In this document: positions 1 to 10,849 of the stretch, piece after piece
Layout of the letters: each line of letters starts with the position of its first letter
How positions within the stretch are numbered: position 1 is the first letter of the stretch
Assembly (NCBI GenBank): GCA_947624965.1
Contig: CANQMN010000005.1
Span: forward strand, 36,442-100,441
Origin: an uncultured Clostridia bacterium
Lineage (GTDB): Bacteria > Bacillota > Clostridia > Christensenellales > Borkfalkiaceae
DNA: 64,000 nt
Reading direction: 5' to 3'
Notes under the pieces: model-generated
What the model saw: the letters and a program-made list of their open reading frames with translations, nothing else
The model's database searches: none
Told to the model about the DNA's origin: nothing
Translations under genes and position numbers: made by a program

Positions 1-1209
1 CTTGCGGTCGGAGAGCGCCTTTATGGGGTGTTCGCGGTTCTGGATGCGGAAATCCTGCCTGTACTGCGCGATCATCTTCTCGATGACCGCGTGCGTCCCG
101 ACGGCGATGGGACTGCCGTTCGTCTTGGCGTTGTAGGAAAAATAGCGGAAGCTGTCCGGGACCTTGTCGAGTTCCTCCCAGCCCTCCTCCACGCCCGTGA
201 GCCGAACCGATTTGAGCACGTCGCGGATATAATCCTTCTGCGGGCGGAATTTGAGAAGTTCGGGGAAATCGCCGCCCTCGGGCAACACCTGCTGCCACAC
301 CTTCCCCTCGTGCGTTTTGAGAAGATCCGCCGCCTCGTGCAGGTGCGCGACTTCCTCCTCGAAGTGCTGTTCCCAAATTTTCTTGATGCGCGCGTCCTTT
401 TCGTCCTCGTAGCACGAGTAGTAGAGATAGCTCTCCGTGTATTCGTTCATGAGGAGGCACTCCCACGGCGTCATGCAGGGGTCTTTGAGACACCCGTACC
501 CCGTTACGTGCTGTTCCTCGATCATGGCGATCTCATTGTACAGCTTTCTGCCGAGGGGAGAGGCGTACAGGTTGGCGACGTTCATGTAGAAGTTCATCGT
601 CTGCTGTTCCGCCGCGGTGATGATGTTCACGTTGAGCTTGGTTTTCAGCCCGTTCAGATATCCGTTGATATAGAAGTTCACGTCGTCGTGCGGGTGGCGG
701 TATTCGGAGACGGTGGGACGCCCCGGCATGATCTCGGTGTATTCCCCCACGAGCCGCTGCGGATCCCCGCCCTTTTCGAGCTCCATGAGGTCGGAATAGC
801 GGTACAGATGGTCGAAATCTTCGAGAAGCGCAAAATCGAGCTGCTTTTTCACATAGGAATTTTTCTCGGTGATGGCGAGATTGGCGGTGAGATCGACGGC
901 GAGCTGTTCGTAACCGATGGTGTGCTCCAAAATGGTCTCGTTCGCGGGTTTCAAACTCGCCACGCGCTTTTGCTGGATCTGTTCGCCGCGGCGCATCACG
1001 GCGAGGCGGCGCCTTATGTCGTTGTTCGCGCAGTGCCGCGTGATCTCGTTGGACAGGCGCACGCTCTCGAACTCCGTGCCCGACATCAGAATGACGCGCA
1101 GGCGGGTGTAGGGGTCCACTTCGTTCTTGTTATACGGCTTGACGAGCACCTTATTCCAATTCGTAAATACTTTGTCCGCCTTCTGCGGCTTCAATTCAAA
1201 CGGATTCAT
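1..1209 (-). CDS. ferritin-like di-iron domain protein (C-terminus runs off window)
   Basis: Absent from ORF track because there is no stop in the window. Reverse-strand ATG at 1209-1207 follows AAGGAGG. Translation MNPFELKPQKADKVF... stays open to position 1. It has ExxH pairs (MIEEQHVTGY, FEEEVAHLHE). The 28..1317 + ORF is its antisense shadow. Confidence 0.6.
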   Translation of the reverse strand, partial: MNPFELKPQKADKVFTNWNKVLVKPYNKNEVDPYTRLRVILMSGTEFESVRLSNEITRHCANNDIRRRLAVMRRGEQIQQKRVASLKPANETILEHTIGYEQLAVDLTANLAITEKNSYVKKQLDFALLEDFDHLYRYSDLMELEKGGDPQRLVGEYTEIMPGRPTVSEYRHPHDDVNFYINGYLNGLKTKLNVNIITAAEQQTMNFYMNVANLYASPLGRKLYNEIAMIEEQHVTGYGCLKDPCMTPWECLLMNEYTESYLYYSCYEDEKDARIKKIWEQHFEEEVAHLHEAADLLKTHEGKVWQQVLPEGGDFPELLKFRPQKDYIRDVLKSVRLTGVEEGWEELDKVPDSFRYFSYNAKTNGSPIAVGTHAVIEKMIAQYRQDFRIQNREHPIKALSDRK

Positions 1210-1313
1210 TTGAACCTCCTTGTGCGGAAATTTTTTCCGCTTTCCGAAAAAAGTATTCCTGCGATTGCGTTTTTGCGAAAATCTTGTTATAATATCCGAA
1301 AAGGAGAAAAATC

Positions 1314-1970
1314 ATGATCGGTTGCGTCATTGCCATGGACAGCGAGGCGGAGATCCTGCTCGGCTCCATGGAGATCGAAAATATCCGCACCGTGTACGGA
1401 AAGACGGTGCACATCGGCAAGGCGTTCGGAAAAGAGATCGCCCTCGCCGTCTGCGGGGTCGGAAAAGTGAACGCCGCGGCGGGAACCTGCGCCGTGCTCG
1501 CCGCGGGCGCGGACGTCGTTTTGAACTTCGGCGTCGCGGGCGGTCTCTCGCCCGCGCGCACCGAAGTCGGCGAAGTGTACCTCATCGAAAAGGTCGTGCA
1601 GTACGATTTCGACTGCACCCAATTAAACGGCGCCGAAATAGGCACCCTCGACGGCGAGACGGAGAACTTTTTGCCCCTTCTCTGCCCGAAGGGGCTCGAC
1701 CTTCCCCGCCGCGCTTTGGGCACGGGCGACAGGTTCAACGATTCCGCCGACGATCACGCGCTTCTTCTCCGCCTCGGGTGCGACATCCGCGAGATGGAGG
1801 CGGGCGCGGTCGCCGAGGTGTGCAAGTATGCGGGCGTGCCCTTCGTCTCGGTGAAGGCGATCTCCGACGTGTACGGCTCCGGCTCGACGACGGAGCAGTT
1901 CAAACAGAACTTGAAGCGCGCCGCCCTGAACTTAATGGCGCATCTCAAAGAGATTTTGGAGCGTTTATGA
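1314..1970 (+). CDS. mtnN: 5'-methylthioadenosine/S-adenosylhomocysteine nucleosidase
   Basis: 218 aa, MIGCVIAMDSEAE..., with GVAGG and REMEAGAVA motifs of the Pfs family. The stop overlaps the luxS ATG (ATGA at 1967-1970). Confidence 0.85.
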   Translation: MIGCVIAMDSEAEILLGSMEIENIRTVYGKTVHIGKAFGKEIALAVCGVGKVNAAAGTCAVLAAGADVVLNFGVAGGLSPARTEVGEVYLIEKVVQYDFDCTQLNGAEIGTLDGETENFLPLLCPKGLDLPRRALGTGDRFNDSADDHALLLRLGCDIREMEAGAVAEVCKYAGVPFVSVKAISDVYGSGSTTEQFKQNLKRAALNLMAHLKEILERL

Positions 1971-2395
1971 AAAAGATCCCCTCCTTTGAAAAGGACCACG
2001 ACGCCCTGCAACCCGGTCTCCACGCGCGCACGGACGCGAACAACATCACGACCTTCGATCTCCGCTTCAAAAAGCCCAACGCGGGCGACTACATCTCCCC
2101 CGCCGCGCTCCACACCATCGAGCACCTGCTCGCGACGACCGTCCGCGACTTGGGCGGGGACGACATCGTCTACTTCGGACCGATGGGCTGCCGCACGGGG
2201 TTCTACCTTCTCACCCTGCGGAAAAGCTACGGCGAGGTGAAAGCGCTCATCAAAGAGGGCATCCTTGCCGCCCTCGCCCTCGAAGAAATTCCCGGCGCGA
2301 CGCGGAAGGAGTGCGGCAACTACCTCGAACACGACCTTGCGGGCGCGAAGGAAGAACTCGAAAAGTACCTGGCTGTCCTCAACGAAATCGGATAA
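1967..2395 (+). CDS. luxS: S-ribosylhomocysteine lyase
   Basis: 142 aa with the HTIEHL metal motif and GPMGCRTGFY. The track ORF 1220..2395 is an over-extended frame; the real start is the ATG at 1967. Confidence 0.9.
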   Translation: MKKIPSFEKDHDALQPGLHARTDANNITTFDLRFKKPNAGDYISPAALHTIEHLLATTVRDLGGDDIVYFGPMGCRTGFYLLTLRKSYGEVKALIKEGILAALALEEIPGATRKECGNYLEHDLAGAKEELEKYLAVLNEIG

Positions 2396-2415
2396 TTTGG
2401 TTTGAAGGAGATTTT

Positions 2416-3417
2416 ATGTCGTTCGATCTGCAATATCTCATCTATCTGCAAGATTTCCGCGAAGCCGTGAACGGCGCATTCAACGACTTCTTTCTCTTTT
2501 TGAGCGAAATTTCTTACGGCGTGTTCATCTGGATGATCGCCTGCGTGCTGTTTTGGGCTGTGGATAAGCGGAGCGGCAGGGCAATGTTCCTCAACCTCGG
2601 CATATCCCGCTTTTTGATGCAGTTTCTGAAACTCACCTTCTGCGCCTACCGCCCGTGGGTGCGCTCCGCCGAGATCAAACCGCTCGAATCCGCCTCGGGC
2701 TACTCTTTCCCGAGCGGGCACAGCGTAACGGCAGCTTCCAACTACGGGACCCTCATCGAGCGCTACCGCAAGCACCGCGCATTCTGCATTTTGATGGCGG
2801 TACTCATCGTACTCACGATGTTCTCCCGCAACTACATCGGCGTCCACACGCCGCAGGACGTCGTCGTGGGCGCGCTTTTGGGTGCGCTCGTCGTCCTCGG
2901 CGGCGCGTTTTTATGGCCGCTCCTCGAAAAGCACCCCAAGTGGGATTGGCTCGTGCCCGCGGTCGGCGCGCTTCTTTCGGCGGCATTCCTCCTCTACATC
3001 AATCTCAAATCCTATCCGACGGACTATGACGCGGCGGGAAAACTCCTCGTCGACCCCCAAAAGATGATGAAGGACGGCTTTAAGGACGTCGGCAGATTTC
3101 TCGGAGTTACCGTTGCGTGGTTCCTCGAAAAGAAGTTCGTGGACTTCTCCACCGAGGTCCCTGCCTCCGCAAAGGTCTCGCGCTGCGTATTCGGCATCCT
3201 CCTTCTTCTCCTGTACGAGCAGATCCTCATGCCCTCCGTAACGGGCGCGATCGCAGACGTTACCGCAAGTTCGTGGGTTAGTTTCTTGTTCACCTTCTTT
3301 GAACTCTTCCTGCTCGTGTTCCTCTACCCGCTCGCTTTCAAGACCTTGGAAAAGCGCTTGGGCAAGAAAAAGCATGGCGAAAATGCAGACCCCTGTCCGC
3401 CTGCCGAAGCCGAATAG
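2416..3417 (+). CDS. PAP2-family membrane phosphatase
   Basis: GAAGGAG RBS precedes the ATG at 2416. It has the three PAP2 motifs KLTFCAYRPW, PSGHS and SRNYIGVHTPQD, plus multiple TM segments. Confidence 0.75.
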   Translation: MSFDLQYLIYLQDFREAVNGAFNDFFLFLSEISYGVFIWMIACVLFWAVDKRSGRAMFLNLGISRFLMQFLKLTFCAYRPWVRSAEIKPLESASGYSFPSGHSVTAASNYGTLIERYRKHRAFCILMAVLIVLTMFSRNYIGVHTPQDVVVGALLGALVVLGGAFLWPLLEKHPKWDWLVPAVGALLSAAFLLYINLKSYPTDYDAAGKLLVDPQKMMKDGFKDVGRFLGVTVAWFLEKKFVDFSTEVPASAKVSRCVFGILLLLLYEQILMPSVTGAIADVTASSWVSFLFTFFELFLLVFLYPLAFKTLEKRLGKKKHGENADPCPPAEAE

Positions 3418-3470
3418 CCCCCTTCGGAAGGGATGGGAACGCCCCCATCAAACCAAAAAGGAGACCCCAT

Positions 3471-4142
3471 ATGATAGATTTAGGCGATTGGAACGAGATC
3501 CTCGCGCCGCTCTTTCAAGACGAGCGGTACAAAAAGATCCGTGAATTTTTGAAGTACGAGTACTCCCACTATGTCGTCTATCCCGACATGTACGATCTTT
3601 ATAACTGTTTCCGCTATACGCCGTTTGCAAACGTGAAGGTCGTGCTTCTCGGGCAGGACCCCTACCACGAGCCCGGTCAGGCGCACGGGCTGTGCTTCTC
3701 GGTAAAGGACGGCGTCCCCAAGCCGCCCTCTCTCGAAAACATGCTCAAAGAGCTCAAAGACGACTTGGGCTTCCCCCCGCCGCGTTCGGGAAACCTCACC
3801 AAGTGGGCGAAGGAGGGCGTGCTCCTTCTCAACACCGCGCTTACCGTGCGCGAACATCAGGCAAACAGCCATGCAAATTGCGGTTGGAGCTGGTTTACCG
3901 ACTCGGTCATCGAACTCCTATCCCGCGAAAAGGAACATCTCGTCTTTCTCCTTTGGGGCGGGAACGCGCGGCGCAAAAAGCCGCTCATCGATACGCAAAA
4001 GCACCTCGTTCTGGAATGCGCGCACCCCTCGCCCCTCTCCGCCTACAACGGATTTTTCGGTTGCCGCCACTACTCCAAGGCGAACGAATATCTCCTCTCC
4101 CACGGCGTTTCGCCCGTCGATTGGGACCTGAACGCCCGTTGA
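3471..4142 (+). CDS. ung: uracil-DNA glycosylase
   Basis: 223 aa with LLGQDPYH, GLCFSV and AHPSPLSA motifs of family-1 UDG. Confidence 0.9.
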   Translation: MIDLGDWNEILAPLFQDERYKKIREFLKYEYSHYVVYPDMYDLYNCFRYTPFANVKVVLLGQDPYHEPGQAHGLCFSVKDGVPKPPSLENMLKELKDDLGFPPPRSGNLTKWAKEGVLLLNTALTVREHQANSHANCGWSWFTDSVIELLSREKEHLVFLLWGGNARRKKPLIDTQKHLVLECAHPSPLSAYNGFFGCRHYSKANEYLLSHGVSPVDWDLNAR

Positions 4143-4167
4143 CCCGAAAAAATACAAGGAGGACCCC

Positions 4168-4794
4168 ATGAAAGTATTGCTGTTTAACGGAAGTCCGAGA
4201 GCGAACGGCTGTACGTATACCGCGCTCACGGAGATCGCAAACGTCCTGAACGAACAGAGCGTCCGGACGGAGATCTTGCAGATCGGAAACAGACCCGTGC
4301 AGGACTGCATCGCCTGCGGCGGTTGCGAAAAGACGGGCAGGTGCGTCTTCGGGGAGGACTGCGCAAACGAATGGATCGGGAAGGCGGCGGAGGCGGACGG
4401 CTTCGTGTTCGGAACGCCCGTCTATTATGCGCACCCCTCGGGGCGGATGCTCTCCGTGATGGACAGAATGTTCTATGCGGGCGGGGAAAATTTCGCGCAC
4501 AAGCCCGCCGCCGTGATCGCCTCCGCCCGCCGCGCGGGAACGACCGCCGCGCTCGACGCGATCGGCAAGCATCTCGGGATCTCCCAGATGCCCGTCGTCT
4601 CCTCCACTTACTGGAACATGGTGCACGGAAACACGCCCGAGGAAGTAAAACAAGACCTCGAAGGCATGCAGACGATGCGGAACATCGGGCGGAACATGGC
4701 TTGGCTTCTCAAATGTATCCAAGCGGGAAAGCGCGAAAAGATCGAGGCGCCCGCGACGGAGCATTCCGCATGGACGAACTTTATCCGCCATTGA
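4168..4794 (+). CDS. iron-sulfur flavoprotein / NADPH-dependent FMN reductase family
   Basis: 208 aa. The flavodoxin-like N-terminus is MKVLLFNGSPR. It has the compact Cys motif CIACGGCEKTGRC (Cx2Cx2Cx5C) typical of Isf proteins. Confidence 0.7.
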   Translation: MKVLLFNGSPRANGCTYTALTEIANVLNEQSVRTEILQIGNRPVQDCIACGGCEKTGRCVFGEDCANEWIGKAAEADGFVFGTPVYYAHPSGRMLSVMDRMFYAGGENFAHKPAAVIASARRAGTTAALDAIGKHLGISQMPVVSSTYWNMVHGNTPEEVKQDLEGMQTMRNIGRNMAWLLKCIQAGKREKIEAPATEHSAWTNFIRH

Positions 4795-4817
4795 GCCCCT
4801 AAAAAAGTGCAAAATAT

Positions 4818-4850
4818 GGGGAGCGGTCCGAAAATTTCGGACCGCTCCCC
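4818..4850. terminator. bidirectional stem-loop between convergent genes
   Basis: GGGGAGCGGTCCG-aaaattt-CGGACCGCTCCCC, with T-rich sequence after it on + and A-rich before it. Confidence 0.6.
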
Positions 4851-4878
4851 TTCCTTTTTGTTCCCGCCGCGCGGGCTT

Positions 4879-7338
4879 TTATTCCTCGCTGAACGTGAGC
4901 TTGCCGTCCTCTTCGTCCACGACGACGGTACTGCCCGCTTTGAACTTGCCCTTCAAAATCTCCTCGGAAAGCCGATCCTCCACGAGCCGCTGTACGGCGC
5001 GCTTCAACGGGCGTGCGCCGTACTCGTCGTTATACCCCTCTTCGACGAGCTTCATGCGGGCGCGGGAGCTCACCTTGATGAAATAGTTCCTCTCCGCGAG
5101 CCGCTTTTGAAGGGAGGAGAGAATTTTGTCGCAGATGGCGACGGCGTCCTCCCGCGTGAGTTTATGGAATACGATGACGTCGTCCAAACGGTTGAGAAAT
5201 TCGGGACGGAAATGCGCGCGGAGCGCCTCGTCGATGTTCTCGCGCATGTTCTCGTACTCGCTCTCCCCGTCCGCCGAGCGGAACCCGAGCGCGGGCTCCT
5301 TCACCGCGTGCGCGCCGATGTTGGACGTGAGGATGAGCACGGTGTTTTTGAAACTGACGACCCTGCCGCGGCTGTCCGTGAGCCGCCCGTCGTCGAGGAT
5401 CTGCAAGAGCAGATTGAATACGTCGGGGTGCGCCTTTTCGATCTCATCGAAGAGCACGACGGCATACGGCTTGCGGCGGATGGGCTCGGTGAGCTGTCCC
5501 CCCTGCATGTCGTCGTACCCGACGTACCCGGGGGGCGCGCCGATGAGCTTGGAGACGGCGTGCTTTTCCATGTATTCGGACATATCCAGCCGCACCATGA
5601 GCCGCTCGTCGCCGAACATGCACTCCGCGAGCGCCTTGCAAAGATCGGTCTTTCCGACGCCCGTGGGACCCACGAAGATGAAGGAGCCGATGGGGCGGTT
5701 GGGGTCCTTCAACCCCGCCCGCGCGCGGCGGATCGCCTTGGCGACGGCGTTCACCGCCTCGTTCTGCCCCACGATGCGCTCGTGGAGCTGTTCTTCGAGG
5801 TGCATGAGCCGCTCGCTCTCCTCCTCCGTGAGTTTGGCGACGGGCACGCCCGTCCAGCCGCTCACGATCTCCGCGATCTCCTCTCTTCCGATCGAGAGAT
5901 GGGTGGCGCTGCGCTTGCGCTTCCACTGCTCGGTAAGTTCGTCTATCTCCGCCGTGAGTTCCGCCATGCGGCGGGAGAGCTCGGAAACGCGCGCCTCGTC
6001 CCGCCATTTCGCCGCCTTCTCGCGCTCGATGCGGAGACGGTTGCGCTTATCCTCCGCCTCGCGCAGTTCCGCGGGACCGTTATACGAATTGAGACGGGCG
6101 CGGGACGCCGCTTCGTCGATGAGGTCGATCGCCTTATCGGGAAGGAACCTGTCCGTGATGTATCTGTCCGAAAGTTTCACCGCCGCCTCGATCGCCTCGT
6201 CCGTTATCACGACGTTGTGGTGCGCCTCGTACTTATCCTTCAAGCCCGTTAAAATGGCGATCGCGTCCTCCACGCTCGGCTGTTCCACCGTAACGGGCGT
6301 GAAACGGCGTTCGAGTGCGGCGTCCTTTTCAATATATTTGCGATATTCGTCCAGCGTCGTCGCCCCAACCGTTTGCAACTCGCCGCGCGCCAGCATGGGT
6401 TTCAAAATATTGGACGCGTCCATGTTGCTCTCCGAGGAGCTCCCCGCGCCGACGATCATGTGGATCTCGTCGATGAAGAGAATGATGTTCTTGTTCGCCG
6501 TGATGCTCTCGACGACCGATTTGAGCCGCTCCTCAAAGTCCCCGCGGTAGCGCGCGCCCGCGAGAAGCCCCGTAAGATTGAGCGAGAACACCGTCTTGCC
6601 GCGCAAAAGATCGGGGACGTTCCCCGCGACGATCTCCTGCGCAAGCCCTTCCACGACCGCGCTCTTCCCCACGCCCGGCTCGCCGACGAGCACGGGGTTG
6701 TTCTTTGTCCGCCGCGAGAGGATCTGAATTACTTTTTCGATCTCTTTGCGGCGTCCGATGACGGGGTCGAGCTTGCCCTCGCGAGCCTTGCGGGTGAGGT
6801 CGAGCCCGTAGTTGAGGAGATTTTCGTCGAGCGCCGCCGCGGGCTCGCCGCCCTCGGCGGTCTCCGGTCCGATGAACCTTCCGAAGTCCTCCCCCTCGTC
6901 GTCGAACGCGGGTATGGCGAACTTCCCCGTGCGGTCGGCGAGCGCGTCCACGTCCACGCCCATGCTTTTGAGGATATACACCGCGATGCAGTCCTCCATG
7001 CCGAGAATGGCAAGCAGAACGTGCTCCGTCCCCACGAGCGCGTGGAGATCGCCGCCCTGCATGGAAAATTCCTTCGCGCGCTCGAACAGCTTCTTGGTGC
7101 GGGGCGTATATCCCTGAACGGTGCCGATCCGCATAATGCCCCGCTTGAATCCTTCGAGATACCGTTTGAGGTCTACGTTCGCCTCGGCGAGCAGCCTCCC
7201 CGCCGTGCTCGACGGAATGCCGAGTAAGCCCAACATGATGTGCTCGCTCCCGATATAGCTCGTCTGGTACCGTTCCGCCGCCTCCTTCGCGAGGGCGAGC
7301 GCCGCTTTGAGATGATCGGAATAGCCCGAATCGTCCAT
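4879..7338 (-). CDS. clpC: ATP-dependent Clp protease ATP-binding subunit ClpC
   Basis: 819 aa with N-terminal Clp repeats, two AAA+ modules ([16 protein letters not shown]) and a UVR-like linker. Confidence 0.9.
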   Translation of the reverse strand: MDDSGYSDHLKAALALAKEAAERYQTSYIGSEHIMLGLLGIPSSTAGRLLAEANVDLKRYLEGFKRGIMRIGTVQGYTPRTKKLFERAKEFSMQGGDLHALVGTEHVLLAILGMEDCIAVYILKSMGVDVDALADRTGKFAIPAFDDEGEDFGRFIGPETAEGGEPAAALDENLLNYGLDLTRKAREGKLDPVIGRRKEIEKVIQILSRRTKNNPVLVGEPGVGKSAVVEGLAQEIVAGNVPDLLRGKTVFSLNLTGLLAGARYRGDFEERLKSVVESITANKNIILFIDEIHMIVGAGSSSESNMDASNILKPMLARGELQTVGATTLDEYRKYIEKDAALERRFTPVTVEQPSVEDAIAILTGLKDKYEAHHNVVITDEAIEAAVKLSDRYITDRFLPDKAIDLIDEAASRARLNSYNGPAELREAEDKRNRLRIEREKAAKWRDEARVSELSRRMAELTAEIDELTEQWKRKRSATHLSIGREEIAEIVSGWTGVPVAKLTEEESERLMHLEEQLHERIVGQNEAVNAVAKAIRRARAGLKDPNRPIGSFIFVGPTGVGKTDLCKALAECMFGDERLMVRLDMSEYMEKHAVSKLIGAPPGYVGYDDMQGGQLTEPIRRKPYAVVLFDEIEKAHPDVFNLLLQILDDGRLTDSRGRVVSFKNTVLILTSNIGAHAVKEPALGFRSADGESEYENMRENIDEALRAHFRPEFLNRLDDVIVFHKLTREDAVAICDKILSSLQKRLAERNYFIKVSSRARMKLVEEGYNDEYGARPLKRAVQRLVEDRLSEEILKGKFKAGSTVVVDEEDGKLTFSEE

Positions 7339-7356
7339 CTTCTTTTCTCCTTGTCC

Positions 7357-8427
7357 CTATACGGAAAACCGCATGCCGCGGAGCGCCTTGGAGACGTATT
7401 CCGCGCGATAGATATCCTGTTCCTGCGCCGAGAGCGGCGCGCCGTTCAATTCGTCGATGTTCGCGGGGCGCATTCCGACGATGATGTCCTCCATGCCGTA
7501 CATCAGCTCTTCCGCCGTTCTGTCGGCGTCGTCGTCCCCCTCGTCGTCGAAAAACCCGAGCGCAAGCCCCAGCTTTACGTCCGCCGCCAGCGCCATAAAT
7601 TCGCCGAGACCCAGCGTGGCGCAATGGGTGAGAATGCCGTACGAGCGCAAAAGTTTATCGCGAAGCGAGACGCCCTCCTCCACGCGCATCCTTCTGCGCT
7701 CGGCGATCTCCGCCTTCACGACGGCGGAGACCGTCCGTTCGACTTCCTGCAAGATCTCCCCCTCCGAGTCGCCGAGCGTGTTCTCGTTGCTCACCTGAAA
7801 GAGTTCGCCCTCCGCGCCGCTCCCCTCGCCGAACGCGCCGCGCACGGTGAGCCCCTTTTTGGAGAGGATGGGCATGATGGTGCGGATGACGCCCCGCCGC
7901 GAGAGCGCGGGGAGAAAGAGCATGACGGAGGCGCGCATGCCCGTTCCGAGATTGGTGGGACAGGCGGTGAGGTAGCCGAACTCCTCGTCGTAGGCGAACG
8001 GGGTGCTCGCGCCGATCGCCTCGTCGATGCCCGCGATGCGCTCGTACGCCCGTTGCAGATCGAACCCCTTGGTAAAGTACTGCTCGCGGATATGGTCCTC
8101 CTCGTTCACCATCACGGAGATGCTCTCGTCCCGCGAGACGTATACGGCGGAGATGCGCCGATGGGCGAGAAGGTCGCGGCTGATGAGGTTGCGCTCCTTC
8201 AAAAACGCGGCGGTCCCGTTCGGAATGTCCGCCATCGTGTAGAGGCGGAAGTCCTCGATGCGGTTGAGTTCGTCCCCGATGCGGCGGATCATCTCCGCCG
8301 CCTGCTCCTGTGCGTGCGCGTCCTTTTCGAGACGCCCTGGGAAGGGATATTCCTGAAAGTTCCGCGCGAGGCGGATGCGCGTGGACACGGCGACGCTCTC
8401 ATAGGTCGCCTTCACTTCTCCCGTCAT
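7357..8427 (-). CDS. mcsB: protein arginine kinase McsB
   Basis: The internal ATG at 8427 gives 356 aa. It carries the phosphagen-kinase signature CPTNLGTGMRAS and overlaps the mcsA stop by 4 nt. Confidence 0.85.
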   Translation of the reverse strand: MTGEVKATYESVAVSTRIRLARNFQEYPFPGRLEKDAHAQEQAAEMIRRIGDELNRIEDFRLYTMADIPNGTAAFLKERNLISRDLLAHRRISAVYVSRDESISVMVNEEDHIREQYFTKGFDLQRAYERIAGIDEAIGASTPFAYDEEFGYLTACPTNLGTGMRASVMLFLPALSRRGVIRTIMPILSKKGLTVRGAFGEGSGAEGELFQVSNENTLGDSEGEILQEVERTVSAVVKAEIAERRRMRVEEGVSLRDKLLRSYGILTHCATLGLGEFMALAADVKLGLALGFFDDEGDDDADRTAEELMYGMEDIIVGMRPANIDELNGAPLSAQEQDIYRAEYVSKALRGMRFSV

Positions 8428-8912
8428 TTTACGCCTCCCGATCCGTCGAGAAAACGGTTGAGTTCGATGATCTCCGCCTTCAACGCCTCCGCGCGCGCGG
8501 AATCCCCCGAGCGGACGGCGCGGTCGAACTCCGCCTTCAAACGCTCCCTGCGGAGGGCGGTGTCGTACGCCTCCTCGGCGTTCACCTTGGGCGGCTCGCC
8601 CTTGTAGCGCGTCGCTCCCTGGATATAGTATATGGTGGGCGTGAGCTCCTCGCGAAAGGCGGTATAGCAATACGCGCAGCCGAGAAGCCCCGTGCTCTTA
8701 AATTCTCCCAACGTCGTGTCGCAGACGGGACACTTGCGCTTTCGCTCGCCGCCGATGCCGTTGAGATAGGACGAAAACAAGTCCGCCTCCTCCCGCTTTT
8801 CCGAATAGAGGAGCTCGTAACACGAGGGACAGAGATACAGTTTCAACGTCTTTCCGCCCTTGTTCTTCGTATATTCCGCGGCGGGACGCTTCCCGCAGTT
8901 CGCGCACAGCAT
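8424..8912 (-). CDS. mcsA: McsA (UVR-domain activator of McsB)
   Basis: ATG at 8912 follows GGAGGCAC. It has paired CxxC motifs (CANCG, CPSC, CPVC, CAYC) and a UVR-like C-terminus. Confidence 0.75.
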   Translation of the reverse strand: MLCANCGKRPAAEYTKNKGGKTLKLYLCPSCYELLYSEKREEADLFSSYLNGIGGERKRKCPVCDTTLGEFKSTGLLGCAYCYTAFREELTPTIYYIQGATRYKGEPPKVNAEEAYDTALRRERLKAEFDRAVRSGDSARAEALKAEIIELNRFLDGSGGVK

Positions 8913-8920
8913 AGTGCCTC

Positions 8921-9148
8921 CTAACCTATCAACTCGAAGCGGAACTTCTGCTCCGCGTCCGGATATTTCTCCCTGTCTACCTCGGAGAGGAACATGCCGA
9001 GCGGGCGCATCCACAGCCCGCCCTCGCCGTACAGTTGGCGGTAGACGACGACCGTCCCGCCCGTCTCGCTGTCCCGCGCCGTTCCCTCGACGCGGTACTC
9101 GTTCCCCTTAAAATGGCGGTACACGCCGCCGATCTTCAATTCCCGCAT
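8921..9148 (-). CDS. DUF1653-like small protein
   Basis: 75 aa, MRELKIGGVYRHFKGNEYRV...VVVYRQLYGEG, which is the characteristic DUF1653 pattern. An RBS precedes the ATG at 9148. Confidence 0.6.
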   Translation of the reverse strand: MRELKIGGVYRHFKGNEYRVEGTARDSETGGTVVVYRQLYGEGGLWMRPLGMFLSEVDREKYPDAEQKFRFELIG

Positions 9149-10212
9149 GCTTCCTCCCCGCATTTTTCGGGGAAATTCTCCCTGATGTATTCCGCCGCGC
9201 CCGCGGGGTCGGGAAAGTGATAGGAGCCGTAGGCGCACGTGAAGCGCAGATAGCGCACGCCGTCCTTTTCCGTCTCGCCCGCGCGCTCGATCTCCGACCA
9301 TTTGAGAAAGACGCTGTCCGCTTTCCCGTTTTCGCCCCAGAATACGCCCTCGTCGTAGAAGGCGAGCGTCCCCTTCGCGCGCGCAAAGGAGATCGCCGCG
9401 CGGACTGCCGCGAATGCGCCGAATACCGCGACGATGACGCCGACGGAGACGTTCCACAGCCCCGCGAGAAGCGCGCCTGCGGCGATGGCGACCGCGCCGA
9501 CGCCGAGAAAGAGCGCGGCGCGCTTGCGGCGGGCGGGGTCGGGAAGGGTAAATTTCATCTTGCGCGCGAACTTTCCGCGCGGACGCTTTCCCGCGGGGGG
9601 CGTCTCCCCCAAAAGGGGCTGCCCGAACCGCGCGAGCGTGCGATACAGCCGCTCCTTCGCGTCTGCCTGCACGAGGACGGGCTTGCCGTCGCGCGGCTCC
9701 CTTCCCCGCTTCGCGAGATAGCGCGCGGGGATCTCCAAGACGACGCTCCATACGCCCCGCTCCGCGGGACGGGTGCGCGTGCAGACGGAGAAAAACCGCA
9801 TCTTATCGTAGGGCACGAACACATCCGCATCGCCCTTCGGCGCGCCCTCCGTATGGATGCGCACGCCCTCCTCCGAAAACGTCGCGAGCGTGCCGTCGCC
9901 CACGAAGAAGGAGGTCTCCGAATCGTACGATTCGCGCAGATCGAGCTCCCGCGAATGCGCCCGCTCCCCGCACTTCGCGGCGAGCGCGGCGAGCCCGCCG
10001 CACAGCACGGCGCCGCCCGCGAACGAGCCCGTGAGAATATACAAAAGCGTCGTCTCGGCGGGGGAGTTTCCCCGCACTTCGAGCATGATCACGACGACGA
10101 GCACCCCCGCAAGGAGCAAAAACGCGAAGATCGCCGCCGCGAAGGAGAGTACATTCCACAATTTGTGCGCGCGGCGGTGCGCGCGGATACGAGCTTGCGT
10201 CGGTCCCTTCAT
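9136..10212 (-). CDS. hypothetical membrane protein
   Basis: ATG at 10212 follows GGAGGG. It has TM pairs at both ends and overlaps the next gene by 13 nt. I recognised no family. Confidence 0.5.
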   Translation of the reverse strand: MKGPTQARIRAHRRAHKLWNVLSFAAAIFAFLLLAGVLVVVIMLEVRGNSPAETTLLYILTGSFAGGAVLCGGLAALAAKCGERAHSRELDLRESYDSETSFFVGDGTLATFSEEGVRIHTEGAPKGDADVFVPYDKMRFFSVCTRTRPAERGVWSVVLEIPARYLAKRGREPRDGKPVLVQADAKERLYRTLARFGQPLLGETPPAGKRPRGKFARKMKFTLPDPARRKRAALFLGVGAVAIAAGALLAGLWNVSVGVIVAVFGAFAAVRAAISFARAKGTLAFYDEGVFWGENGKADSVFLKWSEIERAGETEKDGVRYLRFTCAYGSYHFPDPAGAAEYIRENFPEKCGEEACGN

Positions 10213-10228
10213 AGTCCCTCCGTTCCGC

Positions 10229-10843
10229 CTATGTGCGGAAAAAATGCGCGCGCTTCCACCACACAAAGAAGAAGAGCGCCAGCCCTTGGAGCGGCAAGCC
10301 GATGAGGAAGATCAGCCAGAGATTCCCCACTTCCCCCGCAATGACGAACGCCGTCAAAAAGACGCAGGCGAGCGCCGTCCAGATGAGAAGCGAGAGGGAG
10401 AGGATGCGCACGAATTTCCAACGCCATATGCACGAAAACACGAGCACGACGACCGCGCTCACGGGCACGGCGTACACGAACGCGAGCCACGAAGCCGTCC
10501 CCTCGGGCGCGAACAGCCCCATGAGCACGAAACTGACGACCGCCACGAGCCAGCAAAGCCCCACCGAACAAAAGGTGATGATGAGCCGCCGAAGCCCGCG
10601 CGCGGGCTTGGGAATGACCTCCGCCCGCTGTTCGCGCACCAGATCGTCCACCGTAACGTGGAACAGATCGGCGAGACGGAGCAAGATGCGCACGTCCGGA
10701 ATGCCGTTCCCCTGTTCCCATTTGGAGATGGACTTATCCGAATATTGCAGTTTCTCCGCAAGCTCCATCTGCGTCAGATTTGCCATCTTGCGGAGCCGCG
10801 TGAGATTTTTACCGATGATCTCGGCGAGACGATCCTCTTCCAT
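10229..10843 (-). CDS. XRE-family HTH regulator with C-terminal multi-TM domain
   Basis: 204 aa. The N-terminal HTH_3 is LTQMELAEKLQYSDKSISKWEQG, followed by about 4 TM helices. Confidence 0.8.
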   Translation of the reverse strand: MEEDRLAEIIGKNLTRLRKMANLTQMELAEKLQYSDKSISKWEQGNGIPDVRILLRLADLFHVTVDDLVREQRAEVIPKPARGLRRLIITFCSVGLCWLVAVVSFVLMGLFAPEGTASWLAFVYAVPVSAVVVLVFSCIWRWKFVRILSLSLLIWTALACVFLTAFVIAGEVGNLWLIFLIGLPLQGLALFFFVWWKRAHFFRT

Positions 10844-10849
10844 ACCTCT

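Noticed and set aside
1220-2395. The 391-aa track ORF spanning pfs and luxS, and the 945-aa ORF 42744-45581 spanning metH plus the upstream gene.
   Set aside because: The N-terminal parts are Arg/Gly-rich out-of-frame read-through of neighbouring genes. The real starts are internal ATGs with RBSs (1967 and 45077).
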